A DNA stretch of 38,344 nucleotides, from contig JAQCIU010000029.1 of NCBI GenBank assembly GCA_027593235.1, forward strand, positions 1-38,344. The letters are read 5' to 3'. This stretch comes from Chloroflexota bacterium. GTDB lineage: Bacteria > Chloroflexota > Dehalococcoidia > UBA2979. A model generated the notes under the pieces. The model was not told where the DNA came from, did not search any database, and saw nothing but the letters and a program-made list of their open reading frames with translations. The translations under genes were made by a program, and so were the position numbers. The first letter of the stretch is position 1, and each line of letters begins with the position of its first letter. Below, piece after piece: positions 9,242 to 18,094 of the stretch.

Positions 9242-9766
9242 CTAATCGATCAGCGATCCGAGAATCGAGTCGAAGACGGCTTCGGCCTTCATCCGCATCT
9301 CCGCGTCGGTCGCATCCTGGATTGGATGCTGGACGAAGACGCGCTTCACGTCGGGCAGGCCAAGCGCCTCGGCCTGCGCCGTGGCGGCCTCGACGAATTC
9401 GGTCGACGCCAAGAAGACTGACGGGATGCCCTGGATTTCGAAGGAAACGGTGTCGTGCACACTGCACGTTGTACAAGACCCTCAGTCGGCTAAGGCTTCA
9501 ATCACGAAGCCACATTCCTCCGCGATCTTCCGTCGCAGGTCCTCGGGGGCTGGCTTCGTGAACGTCGGCTTCGCGTAACGCCGCACCTCGACATCCGGCA
9601 GCCGCTCGTGGAACAGCTCCTCGAGGCGATCGAGCAGCACGTTCCCGCGCGGCTTCGAGATATCGAGGAACCCGACGGTCCCCGTGATGTGCTCCGGGCG
9701 CGGGGTCAGCTCACGCTTGACCGGCACCCGCTCGTCGGTCGGATCCAGGATCTGCATTGCAGCCAT
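9242..9766 (-). CDS. UGSC-family selenoprotein, 174 aa, Sec at the TGA 9482-9484
   Basis: Minus strand reads GCC GAC TGA GGG TCT TGT ACA ACG TGC AGT GTG CAC GAC = A-D-U-G-S-C-T-T-C-S-V-H-D. The flanking ORFs are in the same frame with no other stop, and a hairpin follows the TGA. Confidence 0.88.
9449..9481 (-). promoter_or_regulatory. Candidate bacterial SECIS element
   Basis: Directly 3' of the UGA: GGGUCU-UGU-ACAA-CGUGCA-GUG-UGCACG-ACA-CC. Perfect 6-bp upper stem (9454-9468) starts 13 nt after the UGA and has a G-containing loop. Confidence 0.6.
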
Positions 9767-11362
9767 CTAGGCCTCCTCGATCTTGCGACTCACGATCTGG
9801 GAGCCGCGTGGTCCGGTCGCCCAGCCCTGGAAGATCGAGGAAAACTTCCCCGCATCCGAGCCGGCAACAACAATATGAATACTACTGGGGTCCGCGAACT
9901 TCGGGATCCGCCGCTCCAACTGCTCCTCGGTCGGGCCGTCCGCGCCGAACATCGAGGGCGGTATCCCGGCCCCCGACTCCCCGTCCTGCAGCAGCTCGCG
10001 CACCGGCCGCGAGGTCACCTCCTGGATACGCGCGCGCAGCTCGTCCTTCGTCCACCCGTTGGTCTGCAACGTGTCGAGGTGCTCCGGGCACAGCACGAGG
10101 AACGTGTCGGACGCCCCGTGCCCCTTCGGGTGCGCGGTGCTCTCCAGCACCATCCCGATCGACCCGCCGATCTGGCGCGCATCCCTCGAGGTCTGGTCGA
10201 CAATCATCGTCGGCCCGCCCGTCGCCGCGAACAGCGTCACCACGGAATCCTCGGCCTTGAAGCCGTGCTCAACGTGGTACGGCTCCCACGGCGCGCGTTC
10301 CTCCCACTCTGCGAAGCAGAGCGTGTACTTCGACGGGCTGCTCAGCGTGGACCGCTCGGTCCCGCCCGGCCGTCCTCCGCCCACGTTCCGCAACACCAAC
10401 CGGATTGCCCGCCCGATCGCCGCGTTCGCGCGATGCCCCGTCCCCAGCGCGCCAAGCTTGTAGTTCAGCCCGATCTTGTCGCGAATTGGCCCGTTGATCA
10501 GCACCATCGGCGTCGCGCCCATCGTGGTCGCCGAAACGCCGTGGATGTTGAACTCGTCGGTACACATCGCCTCGACGGCGGTGAGCACGACCGGCAGGTA
10601 CTCCGGCTTGCAGCCCGCCATCACCGCGTTGATCGCGATCTTCTCGACAGTCGCCGGCGCCATGTTTGGCGGCACCACCGCCACGATCTCCTGCGAATCG
10701 CGCTTCGTGCCGCCCAGCATCCGCAGCACCCGCTCCGGCGTCGGCGGGATCACCGGTAGGCCATCGGTCAGGCCCTGGTCGTACATGAACTCGTGCACGT
10801 CGTCGTGGTCGCCGATCTCCACGCGCCGTGCGCGCAGCGGGCTGCCCTCGGACTCCGCGACCAGCCGCTCGTGGATGCCCGGCTCCACCGAGCGCGATCC
10901 GCAGCCCGGCCGCGACTCCGGGAACGCGTCCCACGCCACCTCCGGCTCCGCGAGCGCGGTCATCGAGGCCAGCTCGCCCACCACGCCGCGCCAGTCCTCG
11001 CGCCCAAATCCGACGAAGCTCCGCAGCTCCCGCCCGTCCCCGTCCGTCAGAAAGATCGAGGGCACCGTATCCAGCCCGTACGCGAACGACACGCCCAGCG
11101 CGTCGTCGTCCAGCATCGGCAGCGTCAGCCCGTGCTGCTCGATCAGCAGCGCGTTCCCGGGCGTGTCCTGTCCGATCGCCCAGACGTCGGCCGCCCCACC
11201 GAACGCCCGGTGCACCTGCTCGATCAGCGGAATCGAAAGCTGACAGGTCGCGCAATCCTCGTGCACGAAGCACAGCAGCGCCGGCCGCCCCGTCGGGAAC
11301 CGTCGCTCGGTGCCATCGCTATCGGTCAACGAAAACGGTCGCAGCGCGGTCTCGGTTGCCAT
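9767..11362 (-). CDS. Thioredoxin-fold (TlpA/AhpC-like, CATC) domain fused to the domain typically encoded beside UGSC proteins
   Basis: N-terminal FVHEDCATC and YGLDTVPSIFL; linker RPGCGSRS; C-terminal GLTDGLPVIPPTPERV, VEKIAINAVMAGC and RANAAIGRA. Its stop abuts the UGSC start. Confidence 0.75.
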   Translation of the reverse strand: MATETALRPFSLTDSDGTERRFPTGRPALLCFVHEDCATCQLSIPLIEQVHRAFGGAADVWAIGQDTPGNALLIEQHGLTLPMLDDDALGVSFAYGLDTVPSIFLTDGDGRELRSFVGFGREDWRGVVGELASMTALAEPEVAWDAFPESRPGCGSRSVEPGIHERLVAESEGSPLRARRVEIGDHDDVHEFMYDQGLTDGLPVIPPTPERVLRMLGGTKRDSQEIVAVVPPNMAPATVEKIAINAVMAGCKPEYLPVVLTAVEAMCTDEFNIHGVSATTMGATPMVLINGPIRDKIGLNYKLGALGTGHRANAAIGRAIRLVLRNVGGGRPGGTERSTLSSPSKYTLCFAEWEERAPWEPYHVEHGFKAEDSVVTLFAATGGPTMIVDQTSRDARQIGGSIGMVLESTAHPKGHGASDTFLVLCPEHLDTLQTNGWTKDELRARIQEVTSRPVRELLQDGESGAGIPPSMFGADGPTEEQLERRIPKFADPSSIHIVVAGSDAGKFSSIFQGWATGPRGSQIVSRKIEEA

Positions 11363-11515
11363 CGGAACCCCCATCGCAATCGACGATCGCGGTAAGCCTA
11401 CCACCCGCACCGCCGCCGACGCGGGTAGGCTAGCCCTCGCGCGATCGCGAGCCCCTCGCGCTCGACACCGCGCGAGCAGCATCCACGACACGCAAATCAC
11501 GAGGTGGGAGAAACG

Positions 11516-11836
11516 ATGTTCTTCGAGCTACGTCAGTACCTGGTCCGGCCCGGCAAGAAAGACGAATGGGTCCGCATGATGGAAGACGAAATCATCCCCT
11601 TCCAGCAGTCCCAGGGCATGGTCATCGTCGGCAGCTTCACCGGCGAAGAAGACGCCTCCACCTACGTCTGGATCCGCCGCTTCGACTCCGAGGCCGAGCG
11701 CGAGCAGCTCTACGCCAAGGTCTACGAGAGCGACCACTGGAAGAACGACATCGCCCCGAAGATCCCGGATCTGATCGACCGCGCCGGCATGAACATCCAG
11801 CGCATCGAGCCCACCAAGATCTCCGCCCTGCGCTAG
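11516..11836 (+). CDS. NIPSNAP-family protein
   Basis: MFFELRQYLVRPGK...YVWIRRF...VYESDHW; GGAG RBS. Confidence 0.85.
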   Translation: MFFELRQYLVRPGKKDEWVRMMEDEIIPFQQSQGMVIVGSFTGEEDASTYVWIRRFDSEAEREQLYAKVYESDHWKNDIAPKIPDLIDRAGMNIQRIEPTKISALR

Positions 11837-12432
11837 CCGTCCTCGATCCAGCGCCCCGCCGCCACCGCGCGGCGGAGCAGCGGCACCACCTCCGCCTCGA
11901 ACCACGGTCGTTCCTTGAACCACCGCTGGTTCCGAGGCGACGGGTGCGGCATCGGCAAATACGCCGGCACGAACGTCCGCCACGCCTCGACGGTGGCCGA
12001 CACGCTGCCGAGGTACCCGTCGCCCAGCACCCGCTGCTGCGCGTACGCACCCACCAGTAGCGTCAGCCGCTCCGTCGGGAGCTGCGCGAACACCTCGTCG
12101 TGCCAGAGCGGCGCGCACTCCGGCCGCGGCGGCAGGTCGCCGGACTTCCCAGTCCCCGGGTAACAGAACTCCGTCGGCACAATCGCCACGCGCGACGCGT
12201 CGTAGAAGGCGTCGCGATCGAGGCCCAGCCACCCGCGCAGCCGTTCGCCGCTCGGATCGTCGAACGGCACCCCGGACTCGTGCACCCGCCGCCCCGGCGC
12301 CTGCCCCACGATCACCACCCGCGATGTCGCGCTGAACTGCACCACCGGGCGCGGCCCGAACGGCAGCTGCTCCGCGCAAAACGTGCACGCCGCGATGCGC
12401 GTCCGCAGCGACTCAACCTCGGTACTTCCCAT
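11833..12432 (-). CDS. Uracil-DNA glycosylase-like family protein
   Basis: GQAPG, FDDPSGERLRGWLG, FCYPGTGKSGDLPPRPEC, PHPSPRN. Confidence 0.88.
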   Translation of the reverse strand: MGSTEVESLRTRIAACTFCAEQLPFGPRPVVQFSATSRVVIVGQAPGRRVHESGVPFDDPSGERLRGWLGLDRDAFYDASRVAIVPTEFCYPGTGKSGDLPPRPECAPLWHDEVFAQLPTERLTLLVGAYAQQRVLGDGYLGSVSATVEAWRTFVPAYLPMPHPSPRNQRWFKERPWFEAEVVPLLRRAVAAGRWIEDG

Positions 12433-12539
12433 TCGTCATTCCTTCAAGACAGGCGACGGCCACGCATCATCCGATATGATGGAGAAGCACACCTACATAC
12501 AGCCTGTATGCCCGTGCGTCCCGGGTGAGGAGATGATCT

Positions 12540-12887
12540 GTGGTTGAGGCCAAAGAACGCGAAGAGTCGAAGAAGTTCCGCGCGATCGGCGATCGCGACT
12601 ACATGCGCGACTTCGTCGGTGGGCGACAGGTCGAGGACTGCGAGTCCTGCGGCTACCCGCTCCGGCGCGAACCCGATCACGGCACCGAGGCCGATGGCTC
12701 TATCTCAGGCCTCTTCTGCACCGTCTGCTACCAGAACGGCGCCTTCGTCCACGAAGCGAAGGGCGTCGCCGAGTTCCTGACCAAGGCCGCCCCCGACATC
12801 GCCAAGTACCGTGGCGGATCCGTCGGAAAAATCAAACTCACCCTCAAGAAGTCCCTCACGAAGCTCCCCCGCTGGAGCGACGCCTAG
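12540..12887 (+). CDS. Zinc-ribbon domain protein
   Basis: CESCGYPL...GTEADGS...FCTVCYQNGAF...LPRW. Confidence 0.75.
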   Translation: MVEAKEREESKKFRAIGDRDYMRDFVGGRQVEDCESCGYPLRREPDHGTEADGSISGLFCTVCYQNGAFVHEAKGVAEFLTKAAPDIAKYRGGSVGKIKLTLKKSLTKLPRWSDA

Positions 12888-12958
12888 GGCGTTCGGGCTC
12901 CGTCACGTCTCCGTCACGTCGTCCGCGCCTCCGCACCGAGACGGCCCGTCTCGGCAGA

Positions 12959-13525
12959 TCACTTGCGGACTGAGAGCCCCCGGAACCATGGGCGCTGAGC
13001 GGTCCGTGCACCCGGCCCCAGGAAACCCGCCACCGCACGTTCGGCCCGCTCGACGGTCATGAAGGCGGAGGGGGCGACCGCGCGGATGTGCTCCGACAGC
13101 CGAGGTAGCGCGCGGCGCTTCACGACGGCGATCACGACCTCCACCGGCCCCGCACGACCGTCGCCGGCCACGCGCGTCACCGCGAAGCCGCCTTCACGGA
13201 TATGCGCCGCGAGATTGAGCAACGGCTCCGGGTTCACCACGGTCACGATCCGATAGCCGATCGCGAGGCGCGCCTCGATCATCGCACCGACAAGCGTGCC
13301 CATCGCAAACCCGCCCGCGTACCCAATCAACACCAGTGGCTGATCAAGGTTGTTAACGGCGCCGCCAATCGCCAGCACCCAGATCACCACCTCGAAAAAC
13401 CCGAGCGCAGCGGGGATCCAGCGCATCCCGTTGATCGTGAAGATCATCCGGACTGTGCCGATCGAAACGTCCGTCAGGCGGCCGGCAAAAACGAGGAGTG
13501 GTATCACGAGGACTTCTGGCGTCAT
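12959..13525 (-). CDS. DUF5698/DUF2179 (YebE/UPF0316-like) membrane protein
   Basis: RLTDVSIGTVR, GFFEVVIW, YAGGFAMGTLVG, IEARLAIG. Confidence 0.8.
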   Translation of the reverse strand: MTPEVLVIPLLVFAGRLTDVSIGTVRMIFTINGMRWIPAALGFFEVVIWVLAIGGAVNNLDQPLVLIGYAGGFAMGTLVGAMIEARLAIGYRIVTVVNPEPLLNLAAHIREGGFAVTRVAGDGRAGPVEVVIAVVKRRALPRLSEHIRAVAPSAFMTVERAERAVAGFLGPGARTAQRPWFRGLSVRK

Positions 13526-13577
13526 GCCTTCGACGCTAGCACCCTCGTTCACCTCGACCGAACCAGCCTCGAGGACC

Positions 13578-13690
13578 GGCGATTCCTCGAAGCCCCCTCG
13601 GGCCACGGATGCCGCGTTCGGCGCGGCTACTCCTTGAAGCCCCCTCGGGCGTCGGATGCCGCGTCCGAGGCCCGGCTATTCCTTGAAGCC
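13578..13690. repeat. Degenerate direct repeat (47-49 bp period) copying the 3' end of the upstream minus-strand gene
   Basis: GGCGATTCCTCGAAGCC (13578), GGCTACTCCTTGAAGCC (13625) and GGCTATTCCTTGAAGCC (13674, contains the real stop). The first two are followed by CCCTCGGGC..CGGATGCCGCGT. Confidence 0.75.
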
Positions 13691-14530
13691 AGCATCCCGC
13701 TGCTTCAAGAAGGCGCCCCACCCCTGCTCACGCAGCGTCTTCAGCCGGTCCGTGCCGACGCTATCTCCCGAGGCGTCATCGGACAGCGCCTGGATCACCG
13801 GGTCGTCGCGGTAATCGAGGGCTTCGCGGAACGCTTGCAGCTCGTAGACGCGGTTCACAAGGAACTTGTTGAGCCGCACGCCTCGCGGCGGCAGCGCCGC
13901 GAACTGCTTCGCGACCTTCGCCGCCTCCGCGAAGACCTCGTTTACCGGCACCACGCGGTTCACCAGGCCCATTCGCAGCGCCTCCTCGGCGCCGACGACG
14001 GAGCCCAGCATCAGCAGCTCCTTCGCGTTCTTGAGGTTCGCGAGGAACGGCGTGATCAAGATCGGCGGGCCGAAGCCGTGGCGGATCTGGATCTCGCCGA
14101 TCTTCGCGTCGTCCGCCGCGATCGTCATGTCGCAGACGCCCGCCCACTCACAGCCCTGACCAACCGCGTGCCCCTTGACCGCCGCGATCACCGGCTTCGG
14201 CGACAACCAGATCCGCATCATCAGATCCATCGCCGAGGGCGTGTCGACCCCGTCGTCCGGCTCGTCCGAGCCCTGCAAGTCGCCACCCGCACAGAACGCG
14301 CGGCCCGCGCCGCGCAGGATGATCGCGCTAACGTCGTCGTCCGCCTCCGCCTGATCGAGCGCGCGGCCCATCCCGCGCCGCAGCGACCAGTCGACCGCGT
14401 TCAGCACCAGCGGCCGGTTCAGCGTGATCCACGCGAACCCGTCGTCTCGCTCATAGAGCACGTCATTGTCCGAGGGCTGCGGGACTTCCTGTCCGTCCGG
14501 AGTGAAGCGTTTCGGGGCGTCCTCGGTCAT
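13676..14530 (-). CDS. Enoyl-CoA hydratase/isomerase-family protein
   Basis: ITLNRP, GAGRAFCAGGDL, KPVIAAVKGHAVGQG, AEEALRMGLVNRVV. Confidence 0.9.
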   Translation of the reverse strand: MTEDAPKRFTPDGQEVPQPSDNDVLYERDDGFAWITLNRPLVLNAVDWSLRRGMGRALDQAEADDDVSAIILRGAGRAFCAGGDLQGSDEPDDGVDTPSAMDLMMRIWLSPKPVIAAVKGHAVGQGCEWAGVCDMTIAADDAKIGEIQIRHGFGPPILITPFLANLKNAKELLMLGSVVGAEEALRMGLVNRVVPVNEVFAEAAKVAKQFAALPPRGVRLNKFLVNRVYELQAFREALDYRDDPVIQALSDDASGDSVGTDRLKTLREQGWGAFLKQRDAGFKE

Positions 14531-14570
14531 CGCGTGCGTCCTCTCGGCCAGTCGGTCCGTTGGAGGGCCG

Positions 14571-14599
14571 ATTCTAGCGCCCGAGGTCGCGAGTGCCAG
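14571..14599 (-). promoter_or_regulatory. Putative sigma70 promoter
   Basis: Minus strand CTGGCA-17 nt-TAGAAT, about 40 nt before the ATG at 14530. Confidence 0.4.
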
Positions 14600-14635
14600 C
14601 GACGCGTTATCGCCAACTCGATCGTCCGCGCCCGC

Positions 14636-15085
14636 CTACTGCCCGATGAACGTCTGCCTTACCTCGCCCGCGATCACCGTGTACTCAACACCCGACTCAA
14701 AGTCAGTACCGAGGTCAACACTGCCGCTCCGCGTCCCGTAGATCTCTGCGCAAGCGATGTCGTCCCCAACCGGGATCGTGTTCCAGACCGTGATCTCGAT
14801 ATCGGTCGCGCCATCCTCACGCTCCACCTCGTATCGCTCGAACAGGTGACAGCCGTTCGGCAACCCCGACACGATCTCCACCCGGAACTGCACCGGGAGC
14901 GACTTCAGCATCAGGATGTCGATCGACTCGACCGGCGCCTCCACCTCACGACGTTCGCCGCCGACCGGTGTCGACGCTGCTTCATCGTCGGACGTGCAGG
15001 AGCCCGCCAGTGCCACGGCGAACAACCCGAGGACCGCGAGGGCAGCGAGCGGGAGGAGCCGCGTCATGCGGCGGCTGTGCGTCAT
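14636..15085 (-). CDS. Hypothetical lipoprotein
   Basis: Hydrophobic signal ending LAGSC; GLPNGC...IACAEIY Cys pair; GGAG RBS before the ATG at 15085. Confidence 0.65.
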   Translation of the reverse strand: MTHSRRMTRLLPLAALAVLGLFAVALAGSCTSDDEAASTPVGGERREVEAPVESIDILMLKSLPVQFRVEIVSGLPNGCHLFERYEVEREDGATDIEITVWNTIPVGDDIACAEIYGTRSGSVDLGTDFESGVEYTVIAGEVRQTFIGQ

Positions 15086-15126
15086 GTTGGTACTCCATCT
15101 GCTGATCAGACGAAGCACCACCCACC

Positions 15127-15165
15127 TCGGTTCCCCAGGTCGGTTCCCCGGGTCGGTTCCCCGGG
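15127..15165. repeat. 13-bp tandem repeat x3
   Basis: TCGGTTCCCCAGG TCGGTTCCCCGGG TCGGTTCCCCGGG. Confidence 0.85.
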
Positions 15166-15189
15166 GCGCGCCCGATCAGCGCGCACCAA

Positions 15190-15969
15190 TCAGCGGGCGG
15201 AGTAGCCCCCGTCGACCGGCAGCGCCACACCCGTGATGAACGACGCGTCGTCACTCACGAGGAACGCCGCCGCCGAAGCGATCTCTTCGTCCTTGCCCAG
15301 CCGCCCCATTGGGTGCAGCGACTGCAGGAACGCTTCGCCCTCCGGAATCTCCGTGATCCCCGCCGTCATCGGCGTGTAGATGTACCCGGGACAGATCGCG
15401 TTCACGCGCACGCCCTGCCGCGCGAAGTTCACCGCGAACTGCCGCGTCAGGCCGATCACCCCGTGCTTCGACGCCACGTACGCCGCCGCGCGGTCCGCCG
15501 CCGGCGCCTCCCCGGTCGGCGAGATGCCGGAGCCCACCAGCGCGTTCAGCCCGGCCACCGAGGCAATGTTCACAATCGCGCCGCCGCCACGCTCCGCCAG
15601 CATCTGCGCCCCGTGCAGCAGCCCGTAGTACACGCCGCTCAGGTTCACCCCGATCGTCGGGTCCCAGCCCATCGCCCCGCCGATGCCGGCGTTGTTGACC
15701 ACGATCCCCAGGCCGCCCAGCTCGGACTCCGCGCGCTCCAACGAGGCCTTCACCGCCTCGCTATCCGTCACATCGAGGCGCATCGCCGCCGAGCGGCCGC
15801 CCCGTTCCGCGATCTGCGCCGCCGTATCCTGCGCGCCCTCCTCGTTGATGTCCGCGCACATCACCGCCGCGCCGTCGGCCGCCATCCGCCGCGCCATCGC
15901 CCGTCCCAGGCCGGAGCCCGCTCCGGTCACCAGCGCCACGCGTCCCTCGAGTCGGTCTGCCATCGTCAT
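15190..15969 (-). CDS. SDR-family oxidoreductase
   Basis: TGAGSGLG, NNAG, YVASK, HPMGRLG, VDGGY. Confidence 0.9.
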   Translation of the reverse strand: MTMADRLEGRVALVTGAGSGLGRAMARRMAADGAAVMCADINEEGAQDTAAQIAERGGRSAAMRLDVTDSEAVKASLERAESELGGLGIVVNNAGIGGAMGWDPTIGVNLSGVYYGLLHGAQMLAERGGGAIVNIASVAGLNALVGSGISPTGEAPAADRAAAYVASKHGVIGLTRQFAVNFARQGVRVNAICPGYIYTPMTAGITEIPEGEAFLQSLHPMGRLGKDEEIASAAAFLVSDDASFITGVALPVDGGYSAR

Positions 15970-16005
15970 GCTCCTTCGTCGGTTCGGTCGGTCTCAGCGA
16001 GTCGG

Positions 16006-16773
16006 TCAGTACGCCGGGATCCGGGCTGTCAGCAGGTAGCGATCCTCGGTGACGACGAAGCCGTCGTCGGTCAGGCAATCGCGTTCAAGCGCGAGTAGCG
16101 CGTCGATGTCCCGCTCCACGTCGAAATCGGGAATCGTCCAGCTCGCGACCGCCAACATGTACACGAACTCACCGAGCGACGGATAGGCGACCCGCTCCTG
16201 GTGCTCACGAACCGTGACGTTGAACCCCAGCGCGCGAAGCTCGGGAGCGTACCTCCCCAGTTCGTCGCCAAAGTCCTCGCGGCGCGGGAAGTGGGCGTTC
16301 AGCTCACCCCAGTCCCCCATTCCCACCTGCTGGCTGACGAAGGCGCCCGAGTGGCGGAGCACCCGTCGAACCTCCGATGGTTCGAACTCCTCGTGCCGGT
16401 CGATCACGAGGTTGAACGACCGATCGGCGAACGGCAGCACGCGGCTCGATGCGTGCACCACGTCCACACCCAGCGGCGCCAGCCGATCGCGGGCCACCGG
16501 CGCGTTCACCGACCATGGTTCCGTCGCGACCACGTTCCGAGGTAGCGCGTCGCGCAGCAAGGCGAGCCGCTCGCCTCCGCCCGTCCCGATATCCAGCACC
16601 GCGTGCACGCCGCGCGCCGCGACGCGCACGATCTCGTCGTAGCTCCACGGCATCGCTGGCCCAAGCCGCCGCTCTCCGAGGCCGAACGACCACCCCTCGA
16701 ACCCGCGCGCCCGCTCCGCGAACGGCCGCAGACGCGCGATCACCGCCTCGCGCGACTCCGAGGTCCCGGCCAT
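16006..16773 (-). CDS. Class I SAM-dependent methyltransferase
   Basis: VLDIGTGGGE, LPFADRSFNLVIDRHE, FVSQQVG. Confidence 0.85.
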   Translation of the reverse strand: MAGTSESREAVIARLRPFAERARGFEGWSFGLGERRLGPAMPWSYDEIVRVAARGVHAVLDIGTGGGERLALLRDALPRNVVATEPWSVNAPVARDRLAPLGVDVVHASSRVLPFADRSFNLVIDRHEEFEPSEVRRVLRHSGAFVSQQVGMGDWGELNAHFPRREDFGDELGRYAPELRALGFNVTVREHQERVAYPSLGEFVYMLAVASWTIPDFDVERDIDALLALERDCLTDDGFVVTEDRYLLTARIPAY

Positions 16774-16801
16774 CGCCGAGCTGCCCGCCACCTCGAGCTG
16801 C

Positions 16802-18094
16802 CTAGATCGCGCCGGCGGCAGCGAGATGCTGCAACTCGTCGGTCGTCCGGCCCAGTTCACCGACATAGACCTCGGTGTTGTGCTCGCCCAGCAACGGCGG
16901 GCGACGGCGCATTCGCACCGGCGACGCGGCGAACTTGTACGGCGCGCCCGGGTACCGCACCGGATCCGGGTGCCCCGGCACCTCGCCGGTCCACCAGAAC
17001 TCGCGCGCCTCCCAGTGCGGATCGTCCAGGTTCTGCTCGGGACGGCGCACCAGTCCCCACGGCAGGTGCAGCGACTGCCCGCGGCGGTACGCCTCCTCCG
17101 CCGTCAGCCCCTGCACGAACTTGCCGATCGTCACCGCGACGTGGTTCCGCACCTCAACGTTGATCGTCGGATCCGTGTAGAGCACCTGCACATACTTCGG
17201 GTCGTGCAGATCGCCGGCGGCGTCGTGCTCGTCCATCCACTCCAGCAACCCCACGAAGATCTTCCCGTCGCGCGGTACCCCGCCGCCCATCAGCAGGATG
17301 TAGTCGCCGTCGGTGCACTTGTACTGCCAGGGCGCGTTCCGCTGCGCCGCCGCGTGGCGGCCCGTCTGCCGGATCACCTGTTGCCCGAGGAACTCCCAGT
17401 TCGGGAACGCCCCCTCGGTCGTCGCGCTCACCGCCTCGTGCATCGAGACATCGATCAGCTGCCCCGGCCCCGAGGAGTCCGGCGTCGCGCCCGCTGCCTC
17501 GTCGCGCAGCCACAGCGCCGCCAGGACCGCCGTCACCGCGTACTCGTTCGACATCGCGATCGAGTGCTCGCCGTCCGATCGGATCGGCGGCAGATCGTGG
17601 TCGTCGTAGCCCGTGCTCATCATTGGCCCGCCGAGGGCGAGCTGAACCAGGTCGCTCGACGCCCAGTCGCGCCACGGCCCGGTGAGGCCGAACGGCGTGA
17701 CCGCGCACCAGATCAGCGACGGCCGCTCCGCCCGAAACCGCGCCGGCCCAAGGCCCGCCTCATCCAGCGCACCCGGCCCCGTGCCGTCCAGCACCACCTC
17801 GCTGCGCGCCACCAGCTCGGCCCACAACGCCGCGCCCTCGGCACTCCCGAGGTCCAACGTCACGCTCCGCTTGGAAGTGTTCACCGCCGCGAATCGCAGG
17901 CTCTGGTTCGTGTCCGGCCGGTCGCCGACGTAGGGCCCGGCGTGTCGGCTACGCGCACCCGCGCGCGGCTCAACGCGGATCACGTCCGCGCCCGCGTCCG
18001 CCAGCAGCTTCCCCGCCAGCTCCGCCTCGTCCCCAACCTCGATGACCAGCAATCCCTCGAGCGGGCCGGCCGCTCCCGTCGTCTGTGTCGCCAT
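16802..18094 (-). CDS. Family III CoA-transferase, probable non-catalytic (BbsE-like) subunit
   Basis: GPLEGLLVIE, LADAGADVIRVEP, NTSKRSVTLDL, PLLGEHN; no Asp seen at the expected catalytic position. Confidence 0.85.
   Translation of the reverse strand: MATQTTGAAGPLEGLLVIEVGDEAELAGKLLADAGADVIRVEPRAGARSRHAGPYVGDRPDTNQSLRFAAVNTSKRSVTLDLGSAEGAALWAELVARSEVVLDGTGPGALDEAGLGPARFRAERPSLIWCAVTPFGLTGPWRDWASSDLVQLALGGPMMSTGYDDHDLPPIRSDGEHSIAMSNEYAVTAVLAALWLRDEAAGATPDSSGPGQLIDVSMHEAVSATTEGAFPNWEFLGQQVIRQTGRHAAAQRNAPWQYKCTDGDYILLMGGGVPRDGKIFVGLLEWMDEHDAAGDLHDPKYVQVLYTDPTINVEVRNHVAVTIGKFVQGLTAEEAYRRGQSLHLPWGLVRRPEQNLDDPHWEAREFWWTGEVPGHPDPVRYPGAPYKFAASPVRMRRRPPLLGEHNTEVYVGELGRTTDELQHLAAAGAI

Noticed and set aside
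9219-9476. 85-aa ORF starting just after the UGA as the downstream gene
   Set aside because: It is in a different frame with Arg-rich shadow composition; the in-frame continuation to 9242 is the coherent coding sequence.
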